This document shows positions 1 to 12,430 of a stretch of DNA of 64,000 bases, in pieces. The translations under genes were made by a program, and so were the position numbers. The notes beneath the pieces were generated by a model, which was not told the origin of the DNA, made no database searches, and saw nothing but the letters and a program-made list of their open reading frames with translations. Position 1 is the stretch's first letter. Every line of letters starts with the position of its first letter. The DNA comes from Octopus vulgaris (lineage: Eukaryota): positions 110,608,001 through 110,672,000 of the forward strand of contig OX597814.1 of NCBI GenBank assembly GCA_951406725.2. The letters run 5' to 3'.

Positions 1-653
1 AAATGGATATTAAAGGATAATGATGACATTTTATATACATATACAGGAAGGACTCTACTGTCGTTAGACGACAATTGAGGGTTCGACAGTTTCTTACCGG
101 ACAACCACACACATGATTTGTTTACAGTGATCAAATGTTTGTGTAGACATAAGCCGACTCCCTCCATCTTATCAACATTACCTGTGCAGGTGCAATGGGT
201 GCCACATGTCAGATGTCTAAATAATCGCAGAGCAATGTGAAATGAAGTGCTTTGCTCAAGAGCACAACACAACTGAATTTTGTTGAAGCAAGTTTTCTTT
301 GGCTTAGGGTTAGGGTTAACCTTTCTTGTTCTGACATGTTTCCATGTTTTCACAGAATATTAGAAATGAATGACATCACTTGTGTGATAGTAGCACTCAC
401 TTGCAACTACCATGTGAAAACAAGGACACACAGACACACATATATATGATAATCTTCTTTCAGTTTCTGTCTACCAAATCTACTCATAAGGCTTTCGTCA
501 GCCTGGGGTTATAGCAGAAAAATACTTGCTCCTGCTGCTCTGCTGTGGGACTGAACCTGAAACTATGTGGTTAAGAAGCAAACTTATTAACCACACAGAC
601 ATACCTGCACCACCAATTAAATACTGTTTTTTTCTTGTTGTTTTTATTTATAG

Positions 654-688
654 CTAATCTGGTACATCTTGGCTATACTGAAGTTGAG
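654..688 (+). CDS. UBE3B: UBE3B exon, first in window (gene continues upstream): xNLVHLGYTEVE
   Basis: tttatag|CT..GAG|gtgagt; 35 nt; similar to human UBE3B GNLLHLG; in frame with the downstream exons. Confidence 0.85.
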
Positions 689-767
689 GTGAGTTTTTAC
701 AGTTTTCAGTTTTCACCCTTTTTTCAGTGTCTTCATCCATACAAGCTAAGTTACTGAAATAAAAAAG

Positions 768-960
768 AAAAAAGTAGAGTTGTTTAGGGTTTCAAGTACA
801 CTTCTTTCAGAAACATTTTTTTCATGATCAGAACTGTTGAGGCATGGAATAAACTTTCCATATCAGTTGTTAGAATATTGCATTCTTCAAAAATTCCATG
901 CTTCTCTAAATTCACCAACAATACTCTTGACCTGCGTATGCACCCTTTCATTTTATGACC
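768..960 (+). mobile_element. CR1-like LINE 3' fragment; near-identical inverted copy at about 31826-32020
   Basis: Decayed RKHFF..R.VEAWNKL motif typical of CR1 3' ends. Confidence 0.55.
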
Positions 961-961
961 C

Positions 962-1345
962 TTAACCCTTTCATTACCAACCCAGCTGAAATCAGCTCTG
1001 GCTCTGAGTACAAATGTCTTATTTTCATAAGTTCTGAATTAAAATCTTCCACCAAACTTGAGTCACAACAGAAATACGGTATTGAAAAGGTTAAAACATA
1101 TAATGGAGAAACAATTCTTAACCCTTTCGATACCAACCTGCCTAAAACTGCCTCTGGCTCTGTAGTACAAATGTCTTATTTTCATAAGTTCTGAATTAAA
1201 ATCTTCCACCAAACTTTAGTCACAATTAATGTTCCTAACACTAGCTGAATGATAACAAAGTTATTTTACTGAATTCTTTGTTATGTTTAAAGTAATTGAA
1301 AGAAACATAGAGCATCTCAAAATAAATACATAACGAAAGGGTTAA
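962..1345. mobile_element. Two adjacent piggyBac-like MITEs (962-1094, 1118-1345)
   Basis: TTAA|CCCTTT..AA(A/G)GG|TTAA ends; related elements at about 20758-20976 and 31605-31826. Confidence 0.7.
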
Positions 1346-1529
1346 TGTTCACTTTTTTGTCTTTTTGTATTATTTTCTGTACACTGTGAATGCACTTCTA
1401 GCTTTCATTGCTGTCTTTCTTTATTTGACTTCTTTCTCCTTTCTGTCTCCTCTTTTAACCTTTTCTGACTAGTTCTAATGCACCTGAAAACTGTATATAA
1501 TAATTTCATTAATTCTATTATGTTATTAA

Positions 1530-1650
1530 GAGTGCTTAAGAGGAATCAGATATAGTATGCAAGAAAGAAGACTGCACTGGTATGGACAGGTGATGCATAT
1601 GGATAGTGACAGCTGTTTAAAGAAGTACTGACCACTAAATGTGGCTGGAG
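1530..1650 (+). mobile_element. RTE LINE 3' coding fragment
   Basis: Translates as GIRYSMQERRLHWYGQVMHMDSDSCLKK; related pieces near 7100-7230 (-) and 35195-35245. Confidence 0.6.
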
Positions 1651-2009
1651 CTATATTTTTAGTAATATATTAGTAATATTCATTTATTAATTATTAAGAT
1701 ATCTAATATTATTATGGAAATTTTATTACTTAATATGATATATAATCTATTTTCATTAAGTTCATAGCTTGATTAATTGGCAATTATTTTCACATAATAT
1801 CTACATTCAGTTTTATCTTAATGTATTGTTGTATATTTATTTATATATTGCTTTTTTACATTGATTTTTGTATTTTGTTTTAAAATGTTATGCCGTAGAT
1901 TGACAAATGATTATTTAGTATGAAATATAATTGGTTTATGTTATCAATACATTTTGTTTGTTATCAAAGCTTTACTGCTCATTGATACAATATTTCTTAT
2001 TTTTCCCAG

Positions 2010-2039
2010 GGTTTGGTTGAAAATACTTTAAAATTTATG
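2010..2039 (+). CDS. UBE3B: UBE3B 30-nt microexon: GLVENTLKFM
   Basis: ttttcccag|GGT..ATG|gtaaga; phase 0-0; fills the gap corresponding to human VLEEETDGFV. Confidence 0.8.
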
Positions 2040-3604
2040 GTAAGATTAATTTTTTTGTTTAAACATTAGTTACCGGACTTACAAAAAATGTTAACTATCA
2101 TCATCATCAACATCATTTTTTTAACACCCAACTCTTCTGTGCTTGTGTCAGACAAGACTATATTGAAGCAGGGTTTTTTAATGTCTGAAGCCCTTGCTGG
2201 TGCCAACTCTCACTTGTTTCCAAAGTTGGTAATAATCCTCCAGTTTGTTGGAAAATGAACAGCCCAGACATGGTTTCACATACAACTGGAAACAATTGAC
2301 CCTATTTGAATGCACCTTTTATTTATAGACAGCAAATGCTGTGGGGAAACTCAAACTCTGTCTCTCTCACTGATGCACATACATATATCATCCTTTAATG
2401 TCCGTTTTCCATGCTGGCAAGGATTGGGTGGTTTGACAGGAGCTGGTGATGTTGGGAACTCTAATTGTCTGCATTGGTATGGTTTCTACAGCTGGATGCC
2501 CCTTCCTAATGCCAACCATTTAACAGAGTGTACTGGGGGCTTTTTACTATCAGCACCAACAGGATCAGCAAGCAATTTGCCAGACAAAACTCATGAGAGG
2601 TGGTGGTGGGGGGTTTAGTATTGAAGGGAGGGGGCTTCATGCCAGTTGAGAGATTAATGGTATAGCGCTACAAGAACAGGTGTCTTGCTGTTGAGTAGAT
2701 ACATTGGATACCCCAGGTGGAAAAGAAAGGAGAATAATATAAAGACAAGAATAGCCATCGTCCTTATTATTAAGGTGGTGAGCTGGCAGAAATGTTAGCA
2801 CAACAGACAAAATGCTTAGCAGCATTTTGTATGTTTTTACATTCTGGGTTCAAATCCTCCTATGGCTGACTTTGCCTTTCATCTTTTCAGGGGTCAATAA
2901 AATAAGAACCAGCCCCTTCTCCAAACATTTCAGGCCTTGTGTCTGTAGTAGAAAGGATAATTATTATTATTATTATTATTGAGTGAGAGAGTAGTACATG
3001 CCATCAAAGTGACACTGGGGTAAAATATATGAAGCCCAGTATACCCATCATGACTACCCATCTGATAAGGGTTCACCAGGCACATGCATCACAACCATAT
3101 GTGCATGACATGGTGATCTCATATCAAAATAAACTGTGCATGACCTTGTAGGAGGGGCCCAGTTAGAATTTTCTTCAGGTCGAGTAGGCCATCCGGCTCA
3201 AAAGGTCCCTGAATAAGGTTTGTTTAAGAATGGTGAACAAAATACCCATGTTTCCAAAGGTAAATTATTCAAACCCCAAAGAATTCATCTCAACACATGG
3301 CTATGATACTCTCCCACTACTTCTGCTTGTGATCAGAGATGCACATATCGTCAGCCACTAAGGGACATGGTCAACTGTTTAACGTCAAACAACTGACAAG
3401 CAAATCTGTGTTATTAAGCAGAATATTTGCTGTAGCCCATCTTTTTATACCAAGACAAAACATGTACTTCATAACACTTCCTATCAGTTAAGATCAGAAA
3501 CCACGAGAGCCTCTGCCTGGTACTGCATCAGGGCTCATCATCATCACCATCATCATCACCACCATTGCCATCATCATCATCATCATCATCACCACCACTA
3601 CCAT

Positions 3605-3635
<31 letters not shown>

Positions 3636-3900
3636 TGAGGTTGTGTTGTAACTCTTGGGGTCTTGCATGCATTGCTGGCTTGCTACCTGCAGCCTATGGT
3701 ACCATGTTATCTGTTCTTTTCAACTTTCCTGATTATTCTGGCCATGCCAAGGAGGTAAATCGTTTGTAACAGTTCTACTGGGCACTCTATTCTAATTTCC
3801 TTTATATTCCTCTTGGTGCCTTCTGATATTGTCTCCAAGGACCCAACAATAATTGCCACTATCTTCACCTTCATTTTCCATAGCCGGGTTATTTATTTTG
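3636..3900 (-). mobile_element. Dong/R4-type (RLE) non-LTR retrotransposon 3' end with a (GAT)n tail; second copy at about 24555-24735
   Basis: Minus strand [40 protein letters not shown], the characteristic R4-clade C-terminus. Confidence 0.65.
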
Positions 3901-4109
3901 TACATAAGAGGGTTGTATCTATCTATTTTTACACCTTCCTTCTTGACAGTTTGTGGGTCAAAGGGTTATGCTTAGTCTTTACACCTATTTTGTGTTATTA
4001 TTTATTGCTATATAATTTATTATCTAAAATGTTATCTTTGTTGTCTTCCTATAAAACCGAAAGTGAACTGAAAATTCTCACAAATTCTACTTGGCTCGTA
4101 TTTTTTCAG

Positions 4110-4222
4110 AACGTAATGATATATTTATTGGACAGTTGTAAAAAATACGTCCAAAGCAAGAAATCGAACCTGACATTGTGGCACCCTGTTTTAGGTTGGT
4201 TCTCCCAAAACACAGACCAAAG
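4110..4222 (+). CDS. UBE3B: UBE3B exon: [37 protein letters not shown]
   Basis: ttttttcag|..|gtcagt; matches human [24 protein letters not shown]. Confidence 0.95.
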
Positions 4223-4349
4223 GTCAGTAGTGTTTGTTGTAGTAAATGCACTTGTGCATTTGTTTGTAAGTTATTGTGAGTGTGCCTTCTTTTTATGTTG
4301 TGATCATCAGACCATAAATCTTCCATAAACTTAAACATCTAGCAATCAA

Positions 4350-4766
4350 CATTATTTACATTTGATGGATATTTGTCCTCATCTTGTTTGTTGTTAACAC
4401 GTTTCGGCTGATAAACTCTCCAGACTGCATCAGGTATCTTGGGGAAATTTCGGTATGAAAGAAGGATAGGAAAATATTAGATTTATAAGCCCTAAAATTC
4501 ACTCTATAATTGCCGGTGGGCATATGGCGTAGTGGTTAAGAGTGCGGGCTACTAACCCCAAGATTCCGAGTTTGATTCCAGGCAGTAACCTGAATAATAA
4601 TAATCATAGTGGCGAAGAAGAAGAAAAATACCTTAGGGATGAGAACCCAGGTTTGAAATTTCCCCATGGCACTTGAAGGCTGGAGGGTTATCAGCTGAAA
4701 CGGCAAATATCCATCAAATGTAAATAATGTAAATAATTCCTCATCTCTTAAATATAGAACCGTATT
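4350..4766. mobile_element. Palindromic PLE-type non-autonomous element, family 1 (tRNA-like head plus hammerhead-like motif)
   Basis: 13-bp TSD atctagcaatcaa (4337-4349, 4767-4779); inverted arms; tRNA-like head at about 4517-4590. Confidence 0.75.
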
Positions 4767-4916
4767 ATCTAGCAATCAAGTATTTCAAAGGTCAATAAGG
4801 CTGGCCTTCTTCAAGGGCTTGTGTAGGGAGCATTCTTCTCTATTGAGACTTCTCCGTATTGCTTGTCAGATATTATAGCCATAAACTGTTCCAAGAATTA
4901 TATGTTCTCTAATGCT

Positions 4917-5370
4917 GAAGATTATTTGCCAATGTAACATGGCAGTCCTGGTTTAGGATGAATGTTGCTGTAATTTAGCCTCAGGAGGCGTCGTTTCCAA
5001 CTTGCTATACAACACAATCTGTGTCCTTATATTTAGCACCCCCACTCATTTCAAAACACTATCTGTGTATCATGATTTCCAGGTTATTTTCTGTCATTAG
5101 CACGGAATAGTTGTTCGGCTAGATGAAGAGAATTGTACTGATGAAGGGAAATCGCAATGCACAAATATTGTTTTGAGCTGTGTGGGAGTGCTAAATGCCC
5201 TTGTTTGAAAATATAAGGATACAGATTGTGTTGTTTAGCCAGCGGGAGACAATGTCTCCTGGGGCTAAATTACAGCAACATTTGTCCTAAACCAGCACTG
5301 CCATGTTAGCAAATAATCTTTACTCGAGAGTACTGTTGCTGAATATCTCTCGTTGAGAAATTTACAGAAT
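4917..5370. mobile_element. Palindromic PLE-type element, family 2, copy 1
   Basis: About 180-nt inverted arms; homologous to 6267-6725 and 56268-56630; decayed ctgatga..gaaatcgcga motifs. Confidence 0.65.
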
Positions 5371-6266
5371 TCACATGGTTTTGATTCTGTTGCTTGTGAC
5401 ATTGGGAAAGGCATGAATATCACAACTTCTATAAATTTTGATTTATTATAAAAACAATTAAAATTCACATTGGAACAGGAAGTTCCAATTTCTTCAAATA
5501 TGTTTCATTAATATTATACATATTTTAAGTGTTGAGCTGGCAGAATTGTTAGCATGTTGGACAAAATGTTTAGCGTCATTTTGTTTGACTTCACGTTCTG
5601 AGTTCAAATTCAGCCAGGGTTGACTTGGCCATTCATCCTTTCAGGGTCAATGAGATAAGTACTAGTTGCATACTGGGGTCAATGTAATCAACTTACCCTC
5701 TCTCCCTGAACTTGCTGGCCTTCTATTGTAATATTTGTAAAAGTCTGAAACAGATATAAGTGAATATCAGTTCTTTATTTATTTATTATTTTTTTGTTAA
5801 AGTACGAAATTTCAGACAATACAGATATTTGTGTAATACAATCATCATCATCATTTAATGCCTGTCTTCCATGCTGGCACGTGGCTTAGTGGTTAGGATG
5901 TTGGACTCATGATCGTAAGATTGTGGTTTCAATTCCTAGACCAGGCGATGCATTGTGTTCTTGGGCAAAATACTTCATTTCACCTTGCTCCAGTCTACTC
6001 AGCTGGCAAAAATGGGTAATCCTGTGACGGATTGGTATCCCGTCCAGTAGGGGAAGATATACACCACTGAAACCGGGAAACCGGCCCTTATGAACCTGGC
6101 ATGGCTCAAGAAGGAAACATTTAGTTTTTCATTCTTCCATGGGTTGGACACTAATAAAATATATTTTAGGGAACTACAACTTTCTGTTACTTCTACCTTG
6201 AAAATGTAAATCTTAATTGCTTTTATAATTAATAATCATTCATTACAAATATCTTTTTTGTTTTTT

Positions 6267-6725
6267 GGAGTAAAGATTGTTTGCCAACATAACATGGTAG
6301 TCCTATTTAGGACAATTGTTGCTGTAATTTAACCCCAGGAGACATCGTCTCCAGCTGGCTATACAACATGATCTGTGTCCTTATATTTTTGAACAAGGGA
6401 ATCTAGCACCCCCACTCAGCTCAAAACAATATCTGTGTATCGCGATTTCTGGGTTATTTCTCTTCATCAGCACAATAATTGTTCAGCTAGAGGTGGTGAT
6501 ACACAGATTTTGTTTTGAGCGTAGTGGGGTGCTAGATTCCCTTGTTCAAAAATATAGAGATTACAGACCATGTCATATAGCCAGCTGGAGATGATGTCTC
6601 CTGGGGCTAAATTACAGCAACATTCATCCTAAACAAGGACTGCCATGTTATGAAGGCAAAAATCTTTACTCCAAAGTACTGTTGCTGAATATCTCTCATT
6701 GTGAGATTTAAAAATAGTAATTTCC
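6267..6725. mobile_element. Palindromic PLE-type element, family 2, copy 2, with a hammerhead-like motif at 6434-6474 (-)
   Basis: Long inverted arms; TSD-like atctttttt..gttttt on both sides; minus strand UGUG-CUGAUGA..GAA-AUCGCGAU-A-CACA. Confidence 0.7.
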
Positions 6726-6762
6726 ATCTTTTTTTTTTTTGTTTTTAATTTTCTCTCTTCAG

Positions 6763-6917
6763 TTTACATGAAGCCATGCCATATGTTGTGAAACAACTAC
6801 AGCTTCTGTGGAGTAGCAAAATGATTCGATTACTGTTTAATGAATTGCTTGAGTATGTTGATGCCAATAAACAAACACAACAACAGACCAAGTCCAGTGC
6901 CTCTTCACCAACTAAAG
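6763..6917 (+). CDS. UBE3B: UBE3B exon: LHEAMPYVVKQLQLLWSSKMIRLLF..SPTK
   Basis: ctcttcag|..|gtgagc; similar to human LNESMHLITKQLQFLW; phases consistent (155 nt). Confidence 0.93.
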
Positions 6918-7745
6918 GTGAGCATCTTAGGTTTCCACTTTTATCATTGTCACCACTATCAGCATTTTACATCCATTTTTCTTCTGTGTTTGCCTGGATT
7001 GGATGGGTTTCCTCTGGTACAGAATATTGCTAATTATTGCAATTCTTTATCATTTCCTTCATGGGGTCCTGTTTCTTGAGATGAGTTTTATACTACTGCC
7101 TCCAGGTCTTCCTTGGTCCTTCTTTTTCATTGGTTCCTTCAATTTAGATTACTCGACACTTCTTTACCCAACATCATCCTCCATATACACCTCATGGCCA
7201 TCCCAACTCAGACGTTTCCCTTGCCACACTACATCTGACTCCCTTCATACCCAGTTTTTCTCAACTATACCCATTTTTTTTAGTGATCACCTGACCACAG
7301 ACCATTGTACCCTATCAAGGGTCTTCCCCAAATCAACAACTGCTAGATATTGGGGCTTGCAATTTGTGAAGAATTTCTCCTGTAAGTTGTCTCATTAAAA
7401 AGAGGGAATCACTGATACCTATCCTGGCACAAACCTTAAACCTCCATTGCTCCTAAACCAACTCCCTTCCTAATCAATCATGCTACAACTCTTTTTCTAT
7501 TTACATTTATAACCTGGTACATCAGTTTCATTCCTCTTTATTGCCTCTCACTTGAGCATCTCCTCTGTCCTTGCAGCCAATTGATGAGGATACTGCTGTA
7601 CCAGTCATTAAGTGTGACCCATTCCTGTACTTTTTAATTATCCATGTATATGACTAGTGTATTTACTACATTGTTGGATAATTTTCAACTTCTCAGCAGC
7701 TATCTCTGGTCCTGTTTTTTTTTTCTTTCTGCCTTCATATCCCTG

Positions 7746-8045
7746 TGGAGGCACATGGCCTAGTGGCTAGAGCAGCAGACTCGTGGTCGAGGGATCACGG
7801 GTTTAAACCTCAGACCGGACGATGTGTGTGTTTATGAGCAAAACACCTAAGCTCCACGTGGCTACGGTAGAAGGTAATGGCGAACTTCTGCTGACTCTTT
7901 TGCCACAACTTTCTCTCACTCTTTCCTCCTGCATCTTGCAGCTCACTTGCGATGGACCGGTGTCCCGTCCATGTGGGGAACCTATACGCCAAGGAAACCA
8001 GAAAACCGGCCCTTATGAGCCAGGCATGGCTCGAGAAGGAACTTC
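7746..8045 (+). mobile_element. tRNA-derived SINE; related copies at 5876-6120 and 14843-15090
   Basis: A box tggcctagtgg; B-box-like ggtttaaacc; shared gaaaccggcccttatgagcc tail. Confidence 0.7.
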
Positions 8046-10119
8046 ATATCCCTAATGGTCAACTATATCAGTTTCACTAGTTGGTCCTTCCATTGGGTCT
8101 ACTTGGAACAGTCCATCTCTCTCCCACCTTTACTCTTCATTAACCTGTCTTAGTAGCATTTCCATACTCCTACATCGCCCCCTCCCCATGATATCCTGAT
8201 TCCTACTGATACGCTGCCTTGCAATCCAGAACAGCTCACACCTCTGATAGCAAACAATTGTTATTAGTGGTGACCCTTTCAGTGCAGGTATCACTTAAAA
8301 GCCCCCAGTCCACTCTGCTGAGGGGTTGTTGTTTGGAAGGGCATTCAGCTTTAAAAATCTTGCACATACACATCCTTGTCATTATTTAACATCTATTTTC
8401 CATGCATGGAAGGTGGCCATTAAATGACGATGATGATGTTTAAGGATATGTCAACCCTAAATAAGTGATCAATGTTCCAGCCATGATCATCTCCCCTTCG
8501 AACATTCATAAATGAGCCTTAGTGTTAACACAGCAGTTTGGACCACCAAATTTCACTTTTCAAACTAAAGCCCAATGAAGAAAGAATATCCTTTACAAAA
8601 ACCCAAACTACCATCCACTTTTACACTGTTTTTGACTATTTTCTAACCAGCAGAATTGTCTTTTATTTTTCTATGTTTTATTTGTTGCAGTCATTTGACT
8701 GCGGCCAGGCTGGGGCACTGCCTTGAGGAATCTTAGTCAAACAAACCAGTCCCAGTACTTATTGTTTTTGAAAGCCTATTCGATCAGTTCCTTTTGCTGA
8801 ACTGCTAAGTTATGGGGGTGTAAACACACCAACACTGGTTGTCAAGCAGTGGTGGAGGACAAAGAGACAGAAAGACACACACTCACCCCCACCCCCCAAA
8901 CACACTCACTCATACATACATACATACATATATATATACATCATCATCATATATAATGATAATAATAATAATAATAAAATTATTGTGTACAGTGTTCAGG
9001 TGCACTACAACTCATCAAAGGTGCATGTATAGTACATAGAATTGTCTATAAAAGACAGGAAAGTGAACAGTGTATGAGTCATGGTATACATGTGTGCATG
9101 CGTATGAAGTGTGGGGGGGTATCAGGTGTAGAGTTGGTAAATTTCAAGAAGCATGGATGTTTTAAAGGATGCAGTGTCTTGGCAACTAACAACTGATGCT
9201 GGTAGTTTGTTCCATGCTTCAGCAACTCTGACAGGCTTCTTTCAGTTTCTATCTACCAAATCTACACACAAGGCTTTGATCGAACTGAGGCTACAGCAGA
9301 AAACACTTGCCCAAGATGCCACACGGTGGAACTGAACCCAGAACTATGGGGTTGGGAAGCAAACTTTTTGTCACACAGCCACACCTGCATTTTTTTATGT
9401 CATGGAAGAACACCTCCTTTCTGTAGATGATGTGCATTCATAACACGTGCGATTCACCTCTGTAAGGGGAATTCAAGATACTGTGATGTTTTGATCATAT
9501 TTTGTGTCTCTTCCCTTATTAAACTTCTCAGGGGGGTAGACGAGAGGAGTTCCTATGATCTCTATAGGTTCTCCCAGTTTGGTGATATTGATGTGGTTGA
9601 TCTTCATCTTATTCAAGATGAAAGATGTTTGTAAGGAGGAGAGCTTTCTAAAGGTTTACAGTTCTAGAGAAAGGATTAGCAGATAGCTAGTTCAGAAGAG
9701 CAGAGGCCATTATAGTAGTGGTAGAAGAAGCAAAGAGAGGAGATAGTGTATCTGCAGGCCTTTGGAAATTAGTCAAATTAGAGTGTTTGTGTGTGTATGT
9801 GTAGCTGCAGTTCTTTTTTTAGAACTTTGTCGAGAGTTTCCAGTTGAAATTATTTTAAGAAATCTTTTTAAGGAATTTTAGGGGTAGGGCAAGAAATAAT
9901 AGAATGATTCTGGTGGGGATTGTTCAAATTGTTTCAATATTTTGACTTTCAGTGATTATAAGTGAAGAAAATTCATTTGTTATAAGTAGAATTGTAATAT
10001 ATATTACTAGTGATAAAATAGTTGTAAGAATAAATTTGGAATAATCATGGATGAAAATTAGTTGTTCATCATAAAATCCTAATTGTCCTCGTTGGGGTCG
10101 TATATTAAATAAGGCTCCT

Positions 10120-10380
10120 GTTCTTTGGCAATGCAGATTAGCAATGTTGTGATGTTTCTGTGTATAATAAGGTTGGGGACCACAAGAAATTATCAGAGAT
10201 TATGAGACTTAACATCTAGAGTAGGTTTGGGGATTTATATTGCTTCCCTGATATATTGTGTGGTGATTGAATCTTCATCTTTCTGAGTATTTCCCTTTCA
10301 GATTTTAATCGAAACTCCTTCACTCAAATGTATTCTTTTACTGTGAACGAGTTTAGTAATCTAAAAAAGATTGGTAAGTT
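10120..10380 (-). mobile_element. Highly decayed RLE-type non-LTR fragment (zinc-knuckle region)
   Basis: Broken frames LKSE..DSITTQYIRE..IISCGPQPYYTQKHHNIANLH, resembling LK.ETEG..QD..HIISGC..Y..RHN.IA. Confidence 0.35.
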
Positions 10381-10880
10381 TTATTATTCAGAGACGTTTC
10401 TAGTTGCCCCTCACTTAATACACGCACCTCAGTGTTTCTTTATTTTAGACTTTTAACCTTTAGTATCTGTTCAGTTTTTGTTGTTGTTGTTGATGTTGTT
10501 ATCTTCACTTTTCTTCCACAATCAAGGTGGTTATCCTTTATTTAGATTTAATTGCATAACCATGACACTTGAGAAAATTTTAAAATTGTTTCCATTCCTT
10601 TACCTGCTTCACTTCCTGTTGGTATTTCTTTGTTAGAGTTCTAATTACTAATCTCACCTGAAACCATTCTGCAGCTAATTTACTTTATATACTTGAAACA
10701 GCCTTAGATTAAAATAATGATATCATAATATATAGTGTGTGTGTATATATATGCCAGTTGGATTGCCAGACATAGTGTTTCAACCTGATTTGGTTTTCTC
10801 TTTCACAAATACCCCAGACATTCTGAGCCAAGCAGAAAATATTTGTTCTGTTATAGAAATCAGTAAACAAAACATTTACT

Positions 10881-11263
10881 ACAGTTCTATATTTGAGAGA
10901 TGAAGAAATTATGTACATTATTTATATTGTTTACATTATTTACACTTGACGGATATTTGTCCTCATCTTGTTTGTTGTTAACATAATGTTTCGGCTGATA
11001 TACCCTCCAGCCTTCATCAGGGTATATGGTGTAGTGGTTAAGAGCGTGGGCTACTAACCCCAAGATTCCGAGTTCGATTCCAGGCAATGACCTGAATAAT
11101 AATAATGATAATAATAATAACATCAAAAAATACCATAGGAATGAGAACCCAGGTTCGAAATTTCCCCAAGACACCAGATAAAGGCTGGAGGGTATATCAG
11201 CCAAAATGTGTTAACAGTAAACAAGATGAGGACAAATATCTGTCAAATGTAAATAATGTAAAT
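10881..11263. mobile_element. Palindromic PLE-type element, family 1, second copy
   Basis: 12-bp TSD aaaacatttact (10869-10880, 11264-11275); same arms and tRNA-like head as 4350-4766. Confidence 0.78.
10981..11021 (-). ncRNA. Minimal type I hammerhead ribozyme-like motif
   Basis: Minus strand reads CUGAUGA-A-GGCUG-gaggguauau-CAGCC-GAA-ACAU-U-AUGU. Confidence 0.6.
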
Positions 11264-11607
11264 AAAACATTTACTGATTTGTGAAAAAGCTAACCAGGTT
11301 AGAATTGAATTACTGTAACCACTTGGAATAGCATTAGATTAAGATACCATTCATCCATTTACTCTACCCTCAATCCGTGCTAGGATTGTTGGGGTAGAGT
11401 CCTCAAGCATCTCCTCCTTAGCATCCTGTCAGAAGCACCTGTCGTTACACACTCCTGCTGGATTCCCAAGCTTGACCAGCTGAGACCATGGACATCATCC
11501 AACAATCTCATCCTTGATCTACCCCTTGGTCTTATACCGGTTGGCTCGGCTTGAAGAGTTCATCGTGATCCCTTCTTGTGACATTCTAATCACAAGTCTG
11601 CAGTCCC

Positions 11608-11664
<57 letters not shown>

Positions 11665-11723
11665 TTGTTTATAAAAATCACCTGAATTTACTCTTCATCC
11701 CTATCATCCTTTTTATTTTGAAG

Positions 11724-11879
11724 GCCTTCTGAAAAAAGCTCTAGAAAAAGCCTCTTCAAAGAACACTTGTGCCAAAATCAAACTTGGTAGTCACGTTGCC
11801 AGAGCCACCTGCCTACCTTGTGATCTATATCAACAAGCCATCAATACTTTAAGCCAACTCAGATTAGACATACTTGGAG
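11724..11879 (+). CDS. UBE3B: UBE3B exon: GLLKKALEKASS..CDLYQQAINTLSQLRLDILG
   Basis: ttttgaag|..|gtaagt; similar to human [29 protein letters not shown]. Confidence 0.93.
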
Positions 11880-12124
11880 GTAAGTCAAATGTTTCACCTG
11901 ACACACTTTTTCTTTACTTTTATTGTATTTTTTGTTTGTTTTCTTTCTAAATCTTCAATTCTTACTCTAGTTTCTTCTTCTTTTGTCTTTTGTTTTTTCC
12001 TCCATATTTAACTGTCTTTCTTTTCACTTCTTTCCCACATAACCAGTTCCTTCATGACTTCCCAATTTCTTCAGTATTGTGTAAAAAACCTTTTTTCAGT
12101 ATTGATTGGCATTTATTAAAGGAA

Positions 12125-12430
12125 TCGGTCAAGAGAAATTATCTAAAGTACTGTATTTATTGATGTGGTTGTGAAGTGAACTTCTTAAGCATTTGGCCAC
12201 ACTTCACTCTCTCTCTCTCACACGCGCACATACAAACACACATGTAATGTAGTCATTGGTTATTAAAGGTTATATATGGTTATTAAATGAGTTGGTCAAG
12301 AGAAATTATCTATTTATTGATGTGATTTTGAAGTGAACTTCTTAAGCATTTGGCCATATTTCACTCACTCTCTCTCTTTCTCTCTCTCGCACACACACAC
12401 ACACACACATTTAATGTAGTCATTGGTTAA
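12125..12430. repeat. Local tandem duplication (unit about 165 bp)
   Basis: ggtcaagagaaattatcta..gaagtgaacttcttaagcatttggcca..aatgtagtcattggtta occurs twice. Confidence 0.8.

Noticed and set aside
4517-4590. tRNA gene candidates (also about 11022-11090 and other SINE heads)
   Set aside because: A/B boxes are present but there is no acceptor stem or complete cloverleaf; embedded in repeats.
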